64,000 nucleotides of DNA, taken from positions 27,714,001 to 27,778,000 of the forward strand of contig NC_087454.1 in NCBI RefSeq assembly GCF_036321535.1. Reading direction: 5' to 3'. Of the stretch, positions 38,401 through 49,379 are shown one piece after another. Below the pieces are notes generated by a model. The model was not told the DNA's origin. It made no database searches and saw only the letters and a program-made list of their open reading frames with translations. Origin of the DNA: Camelus dromedarius. Lineage: Eukaryota. The translations under genes and the position numbers were made by a program. Each line of letters begins with the position of its first letter. Position 1 is the first letter of the stretch.

Positions 38401-41400
38401 AGGTGGAGTGTGTGGGCACAGAGACAAAGGTCAGGATGAGGTGTGCTTGTTGGGACCTGGGGATGTTCTCTTCTGGTTGCGATGTGTTGCTCTCGATGAG
38501 TAACAGGATAAGGCCCACCCTTGTTCCTGCCTCTTGAGGAAAGTGCCAGGTAGAGTCCCAGACCTGCTGGGAGCTCTAATGCTTCTAAGGCTTACAGGAC
38601 CCTCATAGTCAGGTTACTGTATTCACCCATCCTTTCAGATGGGCCCTGGCTTTTAAGCAAAGGGTGGCTTAGTGGTTGTAGCTGGACTGGGCGTTCCTCA
38701 TGTTCTCCAGGGTGCGATGCAGCAGCAGCAGCCGGCAGCTGCAGGATGCAGGTAGAGAGTGCCAGTGCCGCCTCTGATTTGCTGATGGTCTCCCACACCT
38801 GAACGCATGTTTCTTTAATGTTGAATTATTCCTTTCAGAATTAGGGCTGGGAGCCCATGGCTTTACATAAAGCAGAGGAACTTGTTATTCTGCACTTCTG
38901 TTTTGGACTCGGTTAATTTGGTCTGAGATGTGGTGATTGGGTCATGGACTAAGATGAGGTTCACCTTCTGAGAAGGAGGAATCTTCTAAGCAAACATCAC
39001 CATCCCTTTGTAAGTACAAAGTAGCTGCAGGGCTTGTAGGTGTGTTATCTCACACTCCAGTTACTGCTGTAGGTGAGGTCACAGAGGTGAGGAACCAAGG
39101 CTGCACGGATGCCAGGAGTCACCCGAGGACTCCAGGACCCCGGAGGCCAAGCCAGGCAGCAAAGAGTAGACAGAACTGAGCCTCCGAGTCAGAATGGCCT
39201 GCCTGCGAATCCAGACAGGGCTACTTTCCAGCTAAGTGACTTTGGTTGCATCACCCAACATCTGAGCCTGTTTCCTCACAAATACAAATAGAACTAGAAA
39301 CACCTGCCTCAGGGGCAGAAAAGAAGCCGAGATGCAATGAGCTCATCTCTGTCGGGTGCTGGCCGGTGGCAGCTCGTGGTGCCCCCCACCCGTCAGCAAC
39401 TGTATGGCCATATGTTCTTCTGTGAAAAATAAACAAATAAAAAGACTTCAGGAAAAGGATTCCAGCAACAATTTATGGGCAATCAGTCAGGCTTGTTCTT
39501 TTGTTGGCCTGGCAAATACAATCCTATATTTAAAATTCAGAATGTCTGAGAAGGTATATGGTGACAATTCTTCTGCCCGTCCTGGTTCACTTTCCCTCCT
39601 ACAAAGCAACCAGTGTCGCTAGTCTCGCTAGGCTCTTGTGAATCCTTCTAGAGATGGTTTTAATTGTTTCAGACACAAACAGCAAATCACAAAGGGTTTC
39701 TGCCCCTGCTTCATCGCTGCATTGTGTGGGTTTAACGATTGAATTGAGCTAGTCCCCTGTGGACCAACATTATTACAGTGAAGTCAGTAACTGGTATTTT
39801 ATTTGTTTGTTGGAAGGGAGGTAATTAGGTTTCTTTCTTTCTTTTTAGAGGAGCGAACGGGGATTGAACCCAGGACCTCATACGTGCTAGGCATGTGCTC
39901 TACCACTTGAGCTATTCCCTCCCCCCTTAGTAACTGGTATTTTAAATTGCTCTTTCCTCTATTGATGACACATCTCTCAAGGACTGCTGCTAGGCACTTT
40001 GGTTAACTTGGCTGTGGTTTCTCCATCTACTTGAACATAAAGGGACTATTCATTTAAAGTTAGTGTATAATAGGATTTTTTTTCTGATATATTTGTACTA
40101 GCTGCCTTCTGCAGGCAATCCCAGTGTCTAAACTTTTAGTCTTTTATGAACAGTGTACCATTCATTTACTCAACAAGGATTTATTTAGTACCTGGTAGGT
40201 GCCAGATACTGTCTGGGTGCTTACGTATCAGTGAACAGAGCAGAGGCAACCACTGCCTTTGGGGATCCTGGCAGTGGGGGAGCGACCATAAACATAGTAT
40301 GTCAGTACGTCATTATATGGTCTGTTAGAGATGAAAGTGCTGTGGGGTGGGTGGGAAACAGTAGGGAAAGGTCCAGGGTAAAGGGTGAAGTTTCCGTTGT
40401 AAATAGGGTACTCAGAGTAGACATCACAGAGGAGGTGACATCGGAGCAGAGTCTTGAAGGAGGTGAGGGAGTGAACCATGTGGATATCTGGGGAAGAGTG
40501 TTCTGGAAAGGGAACAGCCAGTGCAAAGGCCCCACGGCACAGAGGCGAGTGTGGGTGTGGCTGCAGAAGGCAGTGGGTCGGGGGAGAGGTCAGATCAGGA
40601 AGAGCCTTGTAAGCAGTTTTATGAACTGTCTTCATTGGGTGAAGTGGGAGTCGTGGGAGGGTGTGGAGCAGAGGGACAGATCCAGAGTTCTCTAGGGAGC
40701 ATCGACTGCAATGGTGAGAATGGGGCAGGCAGAGAAGGGACTGTGGAGGGAGGGCAGTGAGGAAGCTGTTGTCCCAGTAAAGACAATGGTGGGTCCTCCC
40801 ACAGTGGTCGCAGTAGAGACAGTGGAAGTGGTCAGATTCTGCCTGGATTTTGAAGGAAAGGCCAAGAAGTTTCCTAACAAATGTGGCTGTCGGATGTCAG
40901 AGAAAGAAAAGATGTAGGAATGACTGTGGAGTCTGGGGCTTGGACCACTGGAAGGATGGGGGTCTCTGTCTATTGTGATGGGAGGACTGTGGGAGGAGCT
41001 GCTCATGCCAAGGCGGGGGTCTGGGGTTCAGTTTCAGGCACATTGGATCGGAGATGCCTGCTTGACCACGTTGAGTGCCAGTGACTGTGCAAGCCTGGAG
41101 GTCAGGAGAGAGGTGAGGGCTGGAGGGGCACCAGGAGGAGATGGTGTGGAAGTGGGGTTGAAAGCTGTGAGACTGACACGGTCACCCCCGGGAGTGTGGG
41201 GTTCACTAAGAGTGCACACACGTTGCCTGAGTCTGGCCTTTCCAGGCCCCAGTTGCTCCTTACAGACCTTTCTGCTCCCTTCTTTTTCACAAATCTCAGT
41301 TCAGTACTTTACTTCTTTCATCTACTCCTCCCATCCCTTCCCATCTCAAGGCTGCCTGTCCCGGAAGAGGGCAAACAAAATGGCATTTCCAGAAGCTCCA

Positions 41401-43643
41401 CTTGGGAGAAGAGAAGTCTATTGTGCCCCGTCCTGGCCCACTTGTGAGGCGTGGTGAGACGAACGGGGGAGGGAGCCTCGAGCAGTGGCCCCAGGACTGG
41501 CTCTTCAGCGCCCCTGACCATGTCACCTCCACCTGTATTATCTCAGGAAACACTTAAGGCACAGTTGAAGTGAACTTCCAGTAACTTTGAAGCTAGACCA
41601 ATTACTGTAGAGAAATGATAGGAGGGAGGTGGGAGTGAGTTACTCAAACAAGCCATTAAGAAAAGTGGGGAGCCAGGTATCCAGGGCAGGCCAGGTCTGG
41701 CACAGCCAGGGGCTCACTTTCAAGAGAGCCAGGAGGTCCACAGTGGCTATAGGTCACCCTGGTGTTGGAGAGGGAAAGCTCAGGGGCTCTGGATGGCACT
41801 GGGTCTCCAGGGAGAACAGGGTTGACGGACAGTGAGAGGCGATGCCAGTGGAACCTCAGAGCCATTCACTCTCTTCAGGCTCGTTGAGCCCAGACTGGCA
41901 CCAGCATCCTCGGCCAGCAGTCGAGAGAGAGAATCTGCCATCCAATTGCAGCATCCTCTGTCCTGCTGTCTTTGGACAGCACAATCTCCTGGTTGAGGTC
42001 CTGTCCTCTTTTTTCGTTTGGGGCGGGGGGCAGGTGATAATTAGGTTTATTTATTTTTAGAGGAGGTACTGGGGATTGAACCCAGGAACCTCACGCATGG
42101 TAAGCATGCACTCTACCACTGAGCTGTTCCCACACCCAAAATACCACTGAGCTGTTCCCACACCCAAAATCAGGTCCTCTTTTACCTCTAGTTACAGGAC
42201 AGGAATCTCAGTGACAGAACGCTTGGCCTGCCACCAGGGGGCGCAGCCCAACCAGCTTCTGGTCACTTACAGTCACTTAGGCCTGAGCTTCAAGGTCAAC
42301 TTCTTCCTGTGATGTTTTTTTCCCCCCTTCCCCTGCAGCTTCTGCTCGTTTTAAAGAACTTGGAAAATAGAGAGTAAAAAAAAAAAATAAAATAAAGAAA
42401 GAAAGGAGACTCAATCACCTATATTCCCAGAAGCAGTCTTTAAAATTTACTTCTTCCTGTGTTCACACCCAATTGTGATTTAAACAGTTTTTAACTGGGA
42501 TCATATTGAATACATACAAACTTACAAACTTTTCTCCAAAATCACTTTCCTCAAAAAAAGCACAGTGAAAGGCCTGATCTACGGGCCAGAGATGGGGATC
42601 TTAGATGAAGTTCTCAGGTGGGGCCAGCATGCATTGCTTCTCCTTGGTTGAGCCCTCTGGGCTCAAGAAGTTTCTGGCCTCTTCTGGGATATGATCATTG
42701 GTACTGTGTTGCAAGTACCCAGTATTTGAGAATTGGGAAATAGACTATGATTTACATGAGCTTTGGTCCAGAAGATGCTTTGCACCCCTGATTTGTTCTG
42801 GCCCTGTACCTCTCAGTCCTGTGAGGTTTGAGGGCCTTCTCTCTTTCTCTTGATCTCTCCCCAGACTGGGCTTCCTCCCTGAAGCATCTTAGTTATGGCC
42901 CCTGAGCCCCACCCCTCCCAGGTCTCTATTCCTTCTCACTCCTGTCCCGGCCTCCTTAGGAGGCTCAGGGGTCCGTGTTCTGTGTTCCACTGCGTCAAGG
43001 CTGCTGCTCCCGCTTTCCTCCCACAAGCCAGCTGCTGCCTGGCCTCCTGTCGTCTGGGGCAGAGTTAGGCACGTTGCATAGAAGGTGGGCTTCTCATTTC
43101 TCGAAGAAAGGGATGCTGATAGTAGCCCTTCTCATGGGCACGATCTCTTTCCTTATGCCCTTGGTGTTTTGCTTTATTTTGGCTTTTGCTCAAAGGATGA
43201 TTCTGGAGCCGAGAAGGAGAACACATCTGTCCTGCAGCAGAACCCCTCCTTGTCGGGCAGCCGGAACGGGGAGGAGAACGTCATCGATAACCCCTACCTG
43301 CGGCCTGTGAAGAAACCCAAGATCCGCAGGAAGAAGTGAGTTGGAGGCTGGGGTGCAGAGAGGACTCCCTGGCCAGCCGAGGTGGGCGCCTCTGCTCCTT
43401 GGCGGCAAAGAGAGGCTCACCAGTGGGTCTGGACCTCGGGGAAAGTTTCTCTGGTGAGAGGAAATATGGTCCCTCTTCCTCTCCTTCCTCGTCTCCCGTG
43501 TGTACCTCTCGTGCATAGAGCCTGAGCCTCCTGCAGCCCAGGGACCAACCCGCACAGCCCAGCCGTTGCTCCCCCACTAGGAGGGCAGGCGGCCCCCCAG
43601 GCAGGCTCCATGGATTCCTCTTCTTTCTAGGTCCCTCTCGTGA
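26448..43643 (+). CDS. TAF8: TAF8, TATA-box binding protein associated factor 8 (TFIID subunit 8); spliced CDS of 9 exons, 933 nt, 310 aa
   Basis: Joined exons translate MADTATTAGAGGSGTRSGSKQSTNPADNYHLARRRTLQVVVSSLLTEAGFESAEKASVETLTEMLQSYISEIGRSAKSYCEHTARTQPTLSDIVVTLVEMGFNVDTLPAYAKRSQRMVITAPPVTNQ...DNPYLRPVKKPKIRRKKSLS*. This is recognisable TAF8 (histone fold, proline-rich region, C-terminal NLS). Exon lengths 45+157+99+63+125+148+143+140+13=933; all introns are GT-AG. Confidence 0.98.
27286..27442 (+). CDS. TAF8: TAF8 coding exon 2 (RSGSKQ...TEMLQS), 157 nt
   Basis: Acceptor ttcacag|AGA; donor AGCT|gtaagt; start of the histone-fold domain. Confidence 0.98.
28369..28720. mobile_element. hAT-Charlie fragment in TAF8 intron 2
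   Basis: Termini cagccatctcaaagtttttgatctcaggacccc and ccagaccacactttgaga. Confidence 0.65.
29760..30505 (-). mobile_element. Ancient L1M (L1MB-like) 3' fragment in TAF8 intron 2
   Basis: Typical L1MB 3'-end text; minus-strand ORF2 remnant TQTDTCSSVFMVALFTTAERWKQP. Confidence 0.8.
29801..29948 (-). mobile_element. Short L1 3' tail (148 nt) with internal (TA/TAGA)n, nested in an older L1M
   Basis: 17-bp TSD taccatttta(g/a)ccattt at 29784-29800 and 29949-29965. Confidence 0.9.
30539..30637 (+). CDS. TAF8: TAF8 coding exon 3 (YISEIGRSAK...TLVEM), 99 nt
   Basis: Acceptor cttcccag|AC completes TAC; donor ATGG|gtgagt. Confidence 0.98.
30961..31023 (+). CDS. TAF8: TAF8 coding exon 4 (GFNVDTLPAYAKRSQRMVITA), 63 nt
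   Basis: Acceptor gtttcttag|GT; donor GCCC|gtaagt. Absent from the ORF track because it is short. Confidence 0.97.
31300..31497 (-). mobile_element. MER58-like hAT-Charlie element
   Basis: ggcagagttgagtagttgtgacagactgtatggcttgcaaaacctaaaatac...aagtttgatgacctctg. Confidence 0.8.
32059..32183 (+). CDS. TAF8: TAF8 coding exon 5 (PPVTNQPVTPK...HTYIKTP), 125 nt
   Basis: Acceptor tgttgcag|CT; donor CCG|gtgagt; proline-rich segment. Confidence 0.98.
32675..32725 (+). repeat. 21-nt direct repeat with a 30-nt period
   Basis: gtccccagaggtgcttccact at 32675-32695 and 32705-32725. Confidence 0.95.
32888..33017. other. N-run (130 nt)
   Basis: Directly visible. Confidence 1.
33018..33529. mobile_element. 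MLT1 (MaLR) LTR interrupted by a SINE, left part lost in an N-run
   Basis: ttcttataagggaccagtcatgtgggatt...gactgtgtttccaaataagatcatatactgag...ccacaattcaatccacaac. Confidence 0.8.
33247..33414 (-). mobile_element. tRNA-Ala-derived SINE (vic-1-like) inserted into an MLT1 LTR
   Basis: Reverse complement gagggtatagctcagtggtagagcgcatgcttagcatgaggtcctgggttcaac shows A box, AGC anticodon and B box. Imperfect 16-bp TSD at 33231-33246 and 33415-33430. Confidence 0.92.
34876..35023 (+). CDS. TAF8: TAF8 coding exon 6 (TYREPVSDYQ...DVSTFP), 148 nt
   Basis: Acceptor ctcttcag|ACG; donor CCAT|gtgagt. Confidence 0.98.
35865..35910 (+). repeat. (TTTTC)n microsatellite
   Basis: ttttcttttcttttcttttcttttttttcttttcttttcttttcttttt. 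Confidence 0.9.
36060..36143 (+). repeat. Perfect 38-bp tandem duplication (x2.2)
   Basis: gaggctgaggggttaactgaccttggggataagatcac at 36060-36097 and 36098-36135. Confidence 0.97.
36195..36420 (+). mobile_element. MIR upstream of TAF8 exon 7
   Basis: gttcaaatcccactctgccactt...gtgtctcaggttccctgtctgtaaaatggg...aagtgctcagagcacgttagc. Confidence 0.8.
36515..36657 (+). CDS. TAF8: TAF8 coding exon 7 (LIAARPFTIPY...LHIST), 143 nt
   Basis: Acceptor tcctccag|TG; donor ACG|gtgggt. Confidence 0.98.
36845..38390 (-). mobile_element. L2 fragments in TAF8 intron 7
   Basis: Begins attcattcaacaaatattgaatgcac, followed by typical L2 text (caaaggccccgggg; gagtttgagatgcttattagatatccag). Confidence 0.75.
38107..38200. 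mobile_element. MER3/MER33-like hAT fragment
   Basis: gtgttgtccactacagtggccagtggccgcatgtggctaattaagtttaaatt...ttagtcacactggcc. Confidence 0.65.
39802..39928 (-). mobile_element. tRNA-Ala-derived SINE (vic-1-like)
   Basis: Perfect 16-bp TSD agtaactggtatttta at 39786-39801 and 39929-39944. Confidence 0.93.
40160..41200 (-). mobile_element. L2 fragment in TAF8 intron 7
   Basis: attcatttactcaacaaggatttattt...ggaacagccagtgcaaaggccccac. Confidence 0.75.
42013..42169 (-). mobile_element. tRNA-Ala-derived SINE (vic-1-like) with a 28-bp duplication at its 5' end
   Basis: SINE body 42013-42141; taccactgagctgttcccacacccaaaa occurs twice; gtcctctttt flanks both sides. Confidence 0.9.
43196..43335 (+). 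CDS. TAF8: TAF8 coding exon 8 (DDSGAEKENT...KKPKIRRK), 140 nt
   Basis: Acceptor gctcaaag|GAT; donor AAGAA|gtgagt; encodes the basic NLS. Confidence 0.97.
43631..43643 (+). CDS. TAF8: TAF8 coding exon 9 (K-SLS-stop)
   Basis: Acceptor ttctttctag|G TCC CTC TCG TGA gives the KKSLS* terminus and a 310-aa total. Confidence 0.93.
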
Positions 43644-45580
43644 GCTGAGAAGGAAGCCTGCCTTGTGCAGAGACGCGGACATCACCCTCCTGGGAGAGTC
43701 AAAGCCACTCAAGGGAAGAAGAGGGTGGTTGAGCCGAGGCTGCCAGGGTGTGACTGGGCATGATTTTAACTGCAGACGCTCTATTGAGATTGACCTATTT
43801 TCGTTGGACGTTTGGGTTGACGAAGATACGACTGTAACAACAAGGCCTTTTTTAACCAACTGGGCCATGCCATGGGGCATAGAAACGGCCGGGGACTTCA
43901 TTTATTATCATGGGACTTGATTCCTTGAAACCTGGAAGACCAGGGAAGGTGGCAGGAAAGAAAAGGCTCTGCCTGCTTTGCTCACTGCCAGAAAGACTGT
44001 TCGCTTAATTTGTATTTCAGGACGTCTGGACCCCTTTTATTGACTGACAATTTGTGGTACCAATTTATCCTCCTAGAATCTCCTTCTTTCTTCTCTCCTC
44101 ACCTGGGCTCCAAATACCCTGTTGAGCTGATCGAAGGTGATTTTCCCTCCTTTAGCATGTTGGGAACACATGAATCCTGATCTGGGGCCGGCCGGAGTCA
44201 GAAGGTGTGAGCAGATGCATTCATGTGAGGAGGATGACACAGAAGGCAGCCCTGATTCTCATCTGCATGTGATGAAAGCTCCCTAGGGCTGGGCAGCGCC
44301 CTCTCCTGAGGGACTGATCATTTACTGTCCCTCTGTGGAGTGTGTGCTTGGGATTGGCTAGGTCCTGCCCCATCCTGGGAAGAAAGGTTTTCTTTGACAA
44401 GAGCCTACATCAGTGGATATATTATGCTGTGACTTGATAGAGGAATCACCGATTTTAAACAAGAAAAGGATTGGGTCGGGGGGCGGCTGGGGATGAGATT
44501 TTGGCCTTGTGTTCTGAAAGCTGAGACACCTGGCCGCTCTGCTGAGAGGTCAGCAGCAAGGGAAGGCCACGTGCCCACTTTATAGCAGAAGGGGGCAGAG
44601 AGGAGCCTGCAAGTCTGAATCTGTCCAACCTCTTTGCTTCCTGGGAGAGAAGACTTCATCCTTGATGTGCCCTCCAAACCAAAAAAGGAAGATGCTGGGC
44701 AGGCTGGTCTCCAAAGGAAGAGGTTTTAAAACCAAGTCTAAGGAAGATGAATGCCACTGACACGTTGGAGTTAACACAGGGTAAACAAATCCGTACGGAA
44801 CTTTCCTCATACTCGGCTTCCGCAGTCATTTCTTAACCTTCCATCCTCTTGGTGATTTTGAAAACTTGAAACACTTGGTGTTTGTGTCTTGACAGCAAGC
44901 TCCATGTTCCTCTGACCTCACTGTCCTCGAAGTGCTTCATCCCATTGGAAGGAAAGTGCCGCTTGTCAGTAACCAAAGAGGGGATGCTAAGTGAGAAAAT
45001 ATGATTCCCCAACTCTGGACCAAGTAAGAGTTTTTCTGGTTTATAGTGACCTGAAACTTACAGTTGAAAGTAGTCCAGTTGGGCCTGCGCTGACCCACTC
45101 TGAGTTTATAATTTTGCTTTGCTAATTCTTGGCCTATTGAGTTTAAATACAGTCCCAGGTTTGAGCCATGGCCCATGCAGGGTGGACACTTTCCCAGCTG
45201 GCTGTTCTCACCTGCTCTCGGGAGCAGTCAGCCCAGCAGCTCTTCCTGTTACCATCCAGAACAGACACCTGCTGAATGCTGTTATGCTGAGGGATGCCGT
45301 AGGATTTGGGAAAGAATTGCCGTTTCTGCTGTTGAGATCCCAGAGGCTGCACTGCTATAATTCTGTTCTGGATGAGACACTGGGAGATGTTAACCTGAAA
45401 CACTGACCCGACTATTGTTGTGTAAAAACTGTGCATAATCCTCAATGTATATTTATAAGCTTTTATTTTTTTTATAACTTTGAGGGAATTCATAATACGA
45501 AAAAGCAGTAAACAGGGTCAAATTAAGTATGTGATTTATGCTCTTAATAAAGGGTCATAATAAAAACTTTGTAAATGCAA
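43644..45580 (+). other. TAF8: TAF8 3' UTR (end approximate)
   Basis: Follows the stop codon; largely free of obvious repeats until two AATAAA hexamers at about 45.55 kb. Confidence 0.65.
45546..45564 (+). terminator. Tandem polyadenylation signals AATAAA (45546-45551 and 45559-45564)
   Basis: Sequence ctcttAATAAAgggtcatAATAAAaactttgt lies in an AT-rich region about 1.9 kb after the TAF8 stop. Confidence 0.65.
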
Positions 45581-46076
45581 CAGAATTATAAGCTTTGAAG
45601 TGAATTTGTATGCAAAAGTTACAGCAGTGAGAAAGGCTTTGTACAGATAAGTAAGGCTTAGACCTTATGTTGGACAGAGTACCCTTTCAAACTAAAACTT
45701 TATTTGGAAAATCTGCAAACACAAAACTAGACAGGAAAGTATATTTTCCCTATATATTCTTCACCCAGCTGCAACACTTACAGAACATCTTTTCACTTCT
45801 GTTTCATCTATTTCTTCTACTTCTTTTTTTTTAATTCCTAAAGTATTTTTAAAAACAAATCTAAGAACTATGTCATGTAATCGGTAAATATGTTATTATG
45901 CATCTCTGATAGACCTTTAAAACTTTTTTGAGGTAATTATAGATGACAGGATGTTGCAAAAGAAAACAAGAGTTCAGGGAGGTCCCGTGTACCCTTTACC
46001 CAGTCCTTCAGTGGGAGCATCTCGAATAACTGTAGTGCAGTGTCAAAGCCAGGAAAGTGACATACATACAGTCCAC

Positions 46077-46210
46077 NNNNNNNNNNNNNNNNNNNNNNNN
46101 NNNNNNNNNNNNNNNNNNNNNNNNNNNNNNNNNNNNNNNNNNNNNNNNNNNNNNNNNNNNNNNNNNNNNNNNNNNNNNNNNNNNNNNNNNNNNNNNNNNN
46201 NNNNNNNNNN
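46077..46210. other. N-run (134 nt)
   Basis: Directly visible. Confidence 1.
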
Positions 46211-46949
46211 TCATGCTATTTCCTTATAACCACATCTACCTCTCCTCTTCCCCATCGCTAGCCCCTGGCAGCCACTGCTCTGTTCTCCATCTCTATAATT
46301 TTATTTTTAAAATGTTATATAAATGGAGTTACAAAGTTTGTAACCTTTTGAAGTGGGCTTTTTTCACTCAGCATAAGTGAGTGAGAGCCAGCCAGGTGGT
46401 TGTGTGTGTCCGCAGTTCCTGACTTTTCATTGCTGAGCAATATGCCAGGAATGGATGTACCACAGTCTGCTTAACCATTCACACAAGGAGGGACATCTAG
46501 ACTGTTTCCAGTTTGGAGCTGTTACGAATAAAGCAGCTATGAACATCTGTGTATAGGTTTTTATGTAAACATAAGTCTTCATTTCACTGCAATAAATGCC
46601 CAGGAAGGCAACTCTGGTCCTATGGTAACTGTATGTTTCATTTTAAAAGAAACATACTCTTTTCAGCCTGGCTGTACCATTTTGTGTTCCTGCTAACAAT
46701 GTAGGCAGCCAGTTTCTCCATATCCTCACCAATATTTGTTGTCATAATTTTTTGAAATTTTAGCCATGCTGAAAGTTGTGCACTAATATCTTATGATCTT
46801 AATTTGCATTTCCTCCATGGTTAGATGTCGGACATCTTTTCATGTGCCTTTTGCTGTCTGTGTGTGCTCTTCGGTGAATTATCCACTTAAATCTTTTGCC
46901 CGTTTTCCAACTGGATTGTTTCTTTGTTTTGAGGTTTCTTCATATATTC

Positions 46950-47031
46950 TTTTTAAAAAATACTTTATTCGTTATTGTATTACTTAATTATTTTGGGGGG
47001 GAGGTAACTAGGTTTATTTATTTTTGGAGGA
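46950..47031 (-). mobile_element. vic-1-like SINE tail only, nested in L1M
   Basis: ggggggaggtaactaggtttatttatttttggagg matches the tail of the other copies; the tRNA head is absent. Confidence 0.7.
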
Positions 47032-48071
47032 GATGCTGCATATATTTTTGATACAAGAACTTTGTCAGATGTGTGGTTTACAAATACTTCTCCCACTCTG
47101 CGGCTGGTCTTTTCATTCTCTTCACAAGGATCTCTGGCAGAGCAAAAGTTTTAAATTTTGATGAAATTCAATTTATCAATTTTTCTATTTTATGTTTATG
47201 TTTTTGGTACAGGTCTAAAAACTCTTCATCGGGTCCTTGGTCCTGAAGATCTTTTTCTGTATTTTTTTTCTAATATTTTTATAGGTATGTTTTACATTTT
47301 AGTCCTTGATCTATTTCGAGTAAATTTTTTATAAAGTGTGGGGTTTGGGTTGGGTTCACTATTTTGCCTGTGGATGTCCAATTGATCCAGCTCCTTTTGT
47401 TAAAAAGGTACCCTTCCTCCATTGAATTATGTTTGTACGTTTGTCAAAGGTTAGGTTTTTGGGGGGGAGGGGCATATTTCTGTGGGTTAAGACTTTTTTT
47501 TTAGATAATCACTATGCCAATATCACACTTAACAAATGAACAGTGATTTTCTAATATCCCCTAATATTTAGTTAATACTCAAAATTTTCCAGTTGTTGCA
47601 AAGATTTTTAAAATTTTTTTAATAGTTGGCTTATATGAATCAGGATTAAAATAAGATCCAGACATTGCACTAGGTTTTCACATCTCCCAAGTGTAGGATA
47701 GTCCCTCCCACCTCTGGCCCTGGGGGTCAGGATACAGGCCCCTTTCCTTAATTTCTGACCAAGTTAAAAGGTGATCAGTGAAGTTAACTGAGAAACTAGT
47801 AATAAAATAGCCTGGCTTTTTTTTTTGCAGGGGAAGGCAGTGGGGAAACAAACATAAAAGGAGCTGAGCTTTGTTTTTCTGGGAGCCTGAAGTCACTCAA
47901 CGTAGAGGCCACGTGGCTCAGTGAGCCAAGGCTTGGTGACGTTTGTGTTTGTGGCCCCACCACAGCCTACAAGCTGTGAGGTCGTGGGCAAATCCCTAAA
48001 TGTCCAAACCAGTTTCCATAAAATGGATAATGATGGTATCTCTACTGAATTTAATGGTACATTCCAACTCG

Positions 48072-48390
48072 AGTTAGGCTGCTCTAACAAAAAGTCCCCA
48101 AAATACAGCACCTTAAGGCAGAACTGTATGCCTTCTACGGAAGTCTGGGTGGGTGGCCCAGGCTGGCTTGGTGGCCTGATGATGTCAAGTCTTCTGTCTT
48201 ATGGCTCGTCTATCACCTCGGGTGATGCTCACATCCGTGTGCTGGAAGAAGGCTGCCCCCCCACCTGCTGGGTCCACATTCCAGTGGAGTGGGTGGTGGG
48301 GTGTGTAAAGGGGAGCTCAAAGCCCAGAAGCTGCCCCCTCCTAGTCACGTGGCCTTGCCAGGCTGCACGGCAAGTGAGGAAATGTGGCTC
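48072..48390. mobile_element. MLT1-like LTR fragment
   Basis: gttaggctgctctaacaaaaagtccccaaaatacagcaccttaag...gtcacgtggcc...gaggaaatgtggctctg. Confidence 0.5.
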
Positions 48391-49379
48391 TGTGTCTAAG
48401 TAAAATTTGGGAGCCTTGTCACCAAGGAAAGTAGGAAAGAATGGATTCGGGGGACAGCTGAATCTGACACAAATGAGGTTTAGGGTGTGTGCCCAGGACT
48501 GCCCTTTGGGACAGGCAGGAAACCCCTCTTGAACACTGAGCGCACTTGACTTGGCACCCTCGGCTCTCCCAGCCCGTCCCAGAGGCCAACAGTTGGTGCT
48601 CCTCTAGGATGGGGCCCTCAGTGACATCCAACTGGGCCTTCGCTGCTGACATGTGACCCATCGGCCGCCCCTTCCTCTTCAAAGGTGTCTCTTTGGCCTT
48701 CATGACATTGCCCTCTTTTCCTGATTATTCTATTTCATGGCCTCCCTTTTCCTTGCTGGCTCTTTCTCCAACCTGCCCAGCTGTGGCTGGCCCCAGATAG
48801 TCCTCTGCTCACCCAGGAGATGGCTCGCCTGCCCTTCCACCGCCAGCTGTCACCTCCCGGGGATTCTCAGCATCTGTCTGTCGGTAGCTTGCTCTCCACT
48901 AAGCTACCTGGTTATACTTTCAAAGCAACGTGGTAGATTGGATTTGCTTCACTTTTCTGCCCAAACCACTTCCACTCCCCAGCCTTTCCACTTTGGACAG
49001 CAGTTCGGAACAGCGGGGCCAGTAGCAGCCAGCCCTGGAGCGCTTACCTGGGCCAGGACCGCGGGCCTTACAGCGCCATCTCACCCTCCAAATGGTCCGG
49101 AGTCTTCATTCTCCATCTGCACCTGCCCCTCACCATGTTCTGCCACCTCTTCCTTCCTTGCTGGTCTGAAGGGGCAGCATCCTCCCTGCTCTTCTTGAGC
49201 CTGTGTCCCCTGCCAGGCCCATCTTCCTACAAGCCTGGACTTTGTCGCCCCCTCCCCTGGACTTTGTCGCCTCCCCCTCCACACTAAGACCTGCAGTCCG
49301 TCCCACTCTGCATCCAAACTGCCCAACCTGGCTTTCCAGGTCCTCTGCCAAGTGGCTGTTTCTTTTGGGAGAATTCACA

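Larger units (their letters stand above)
45927..47460 (-). mobile_element. Ancient L1M (L1MB-like) fragment spanning an N-run
   Basis: Characteristic L1MB 3' UTR and ORF2-end sequence (ccactgctctgttctccatctctataatttt; ggacatctagactgtttccagtttgg). Confidence 0.8.
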
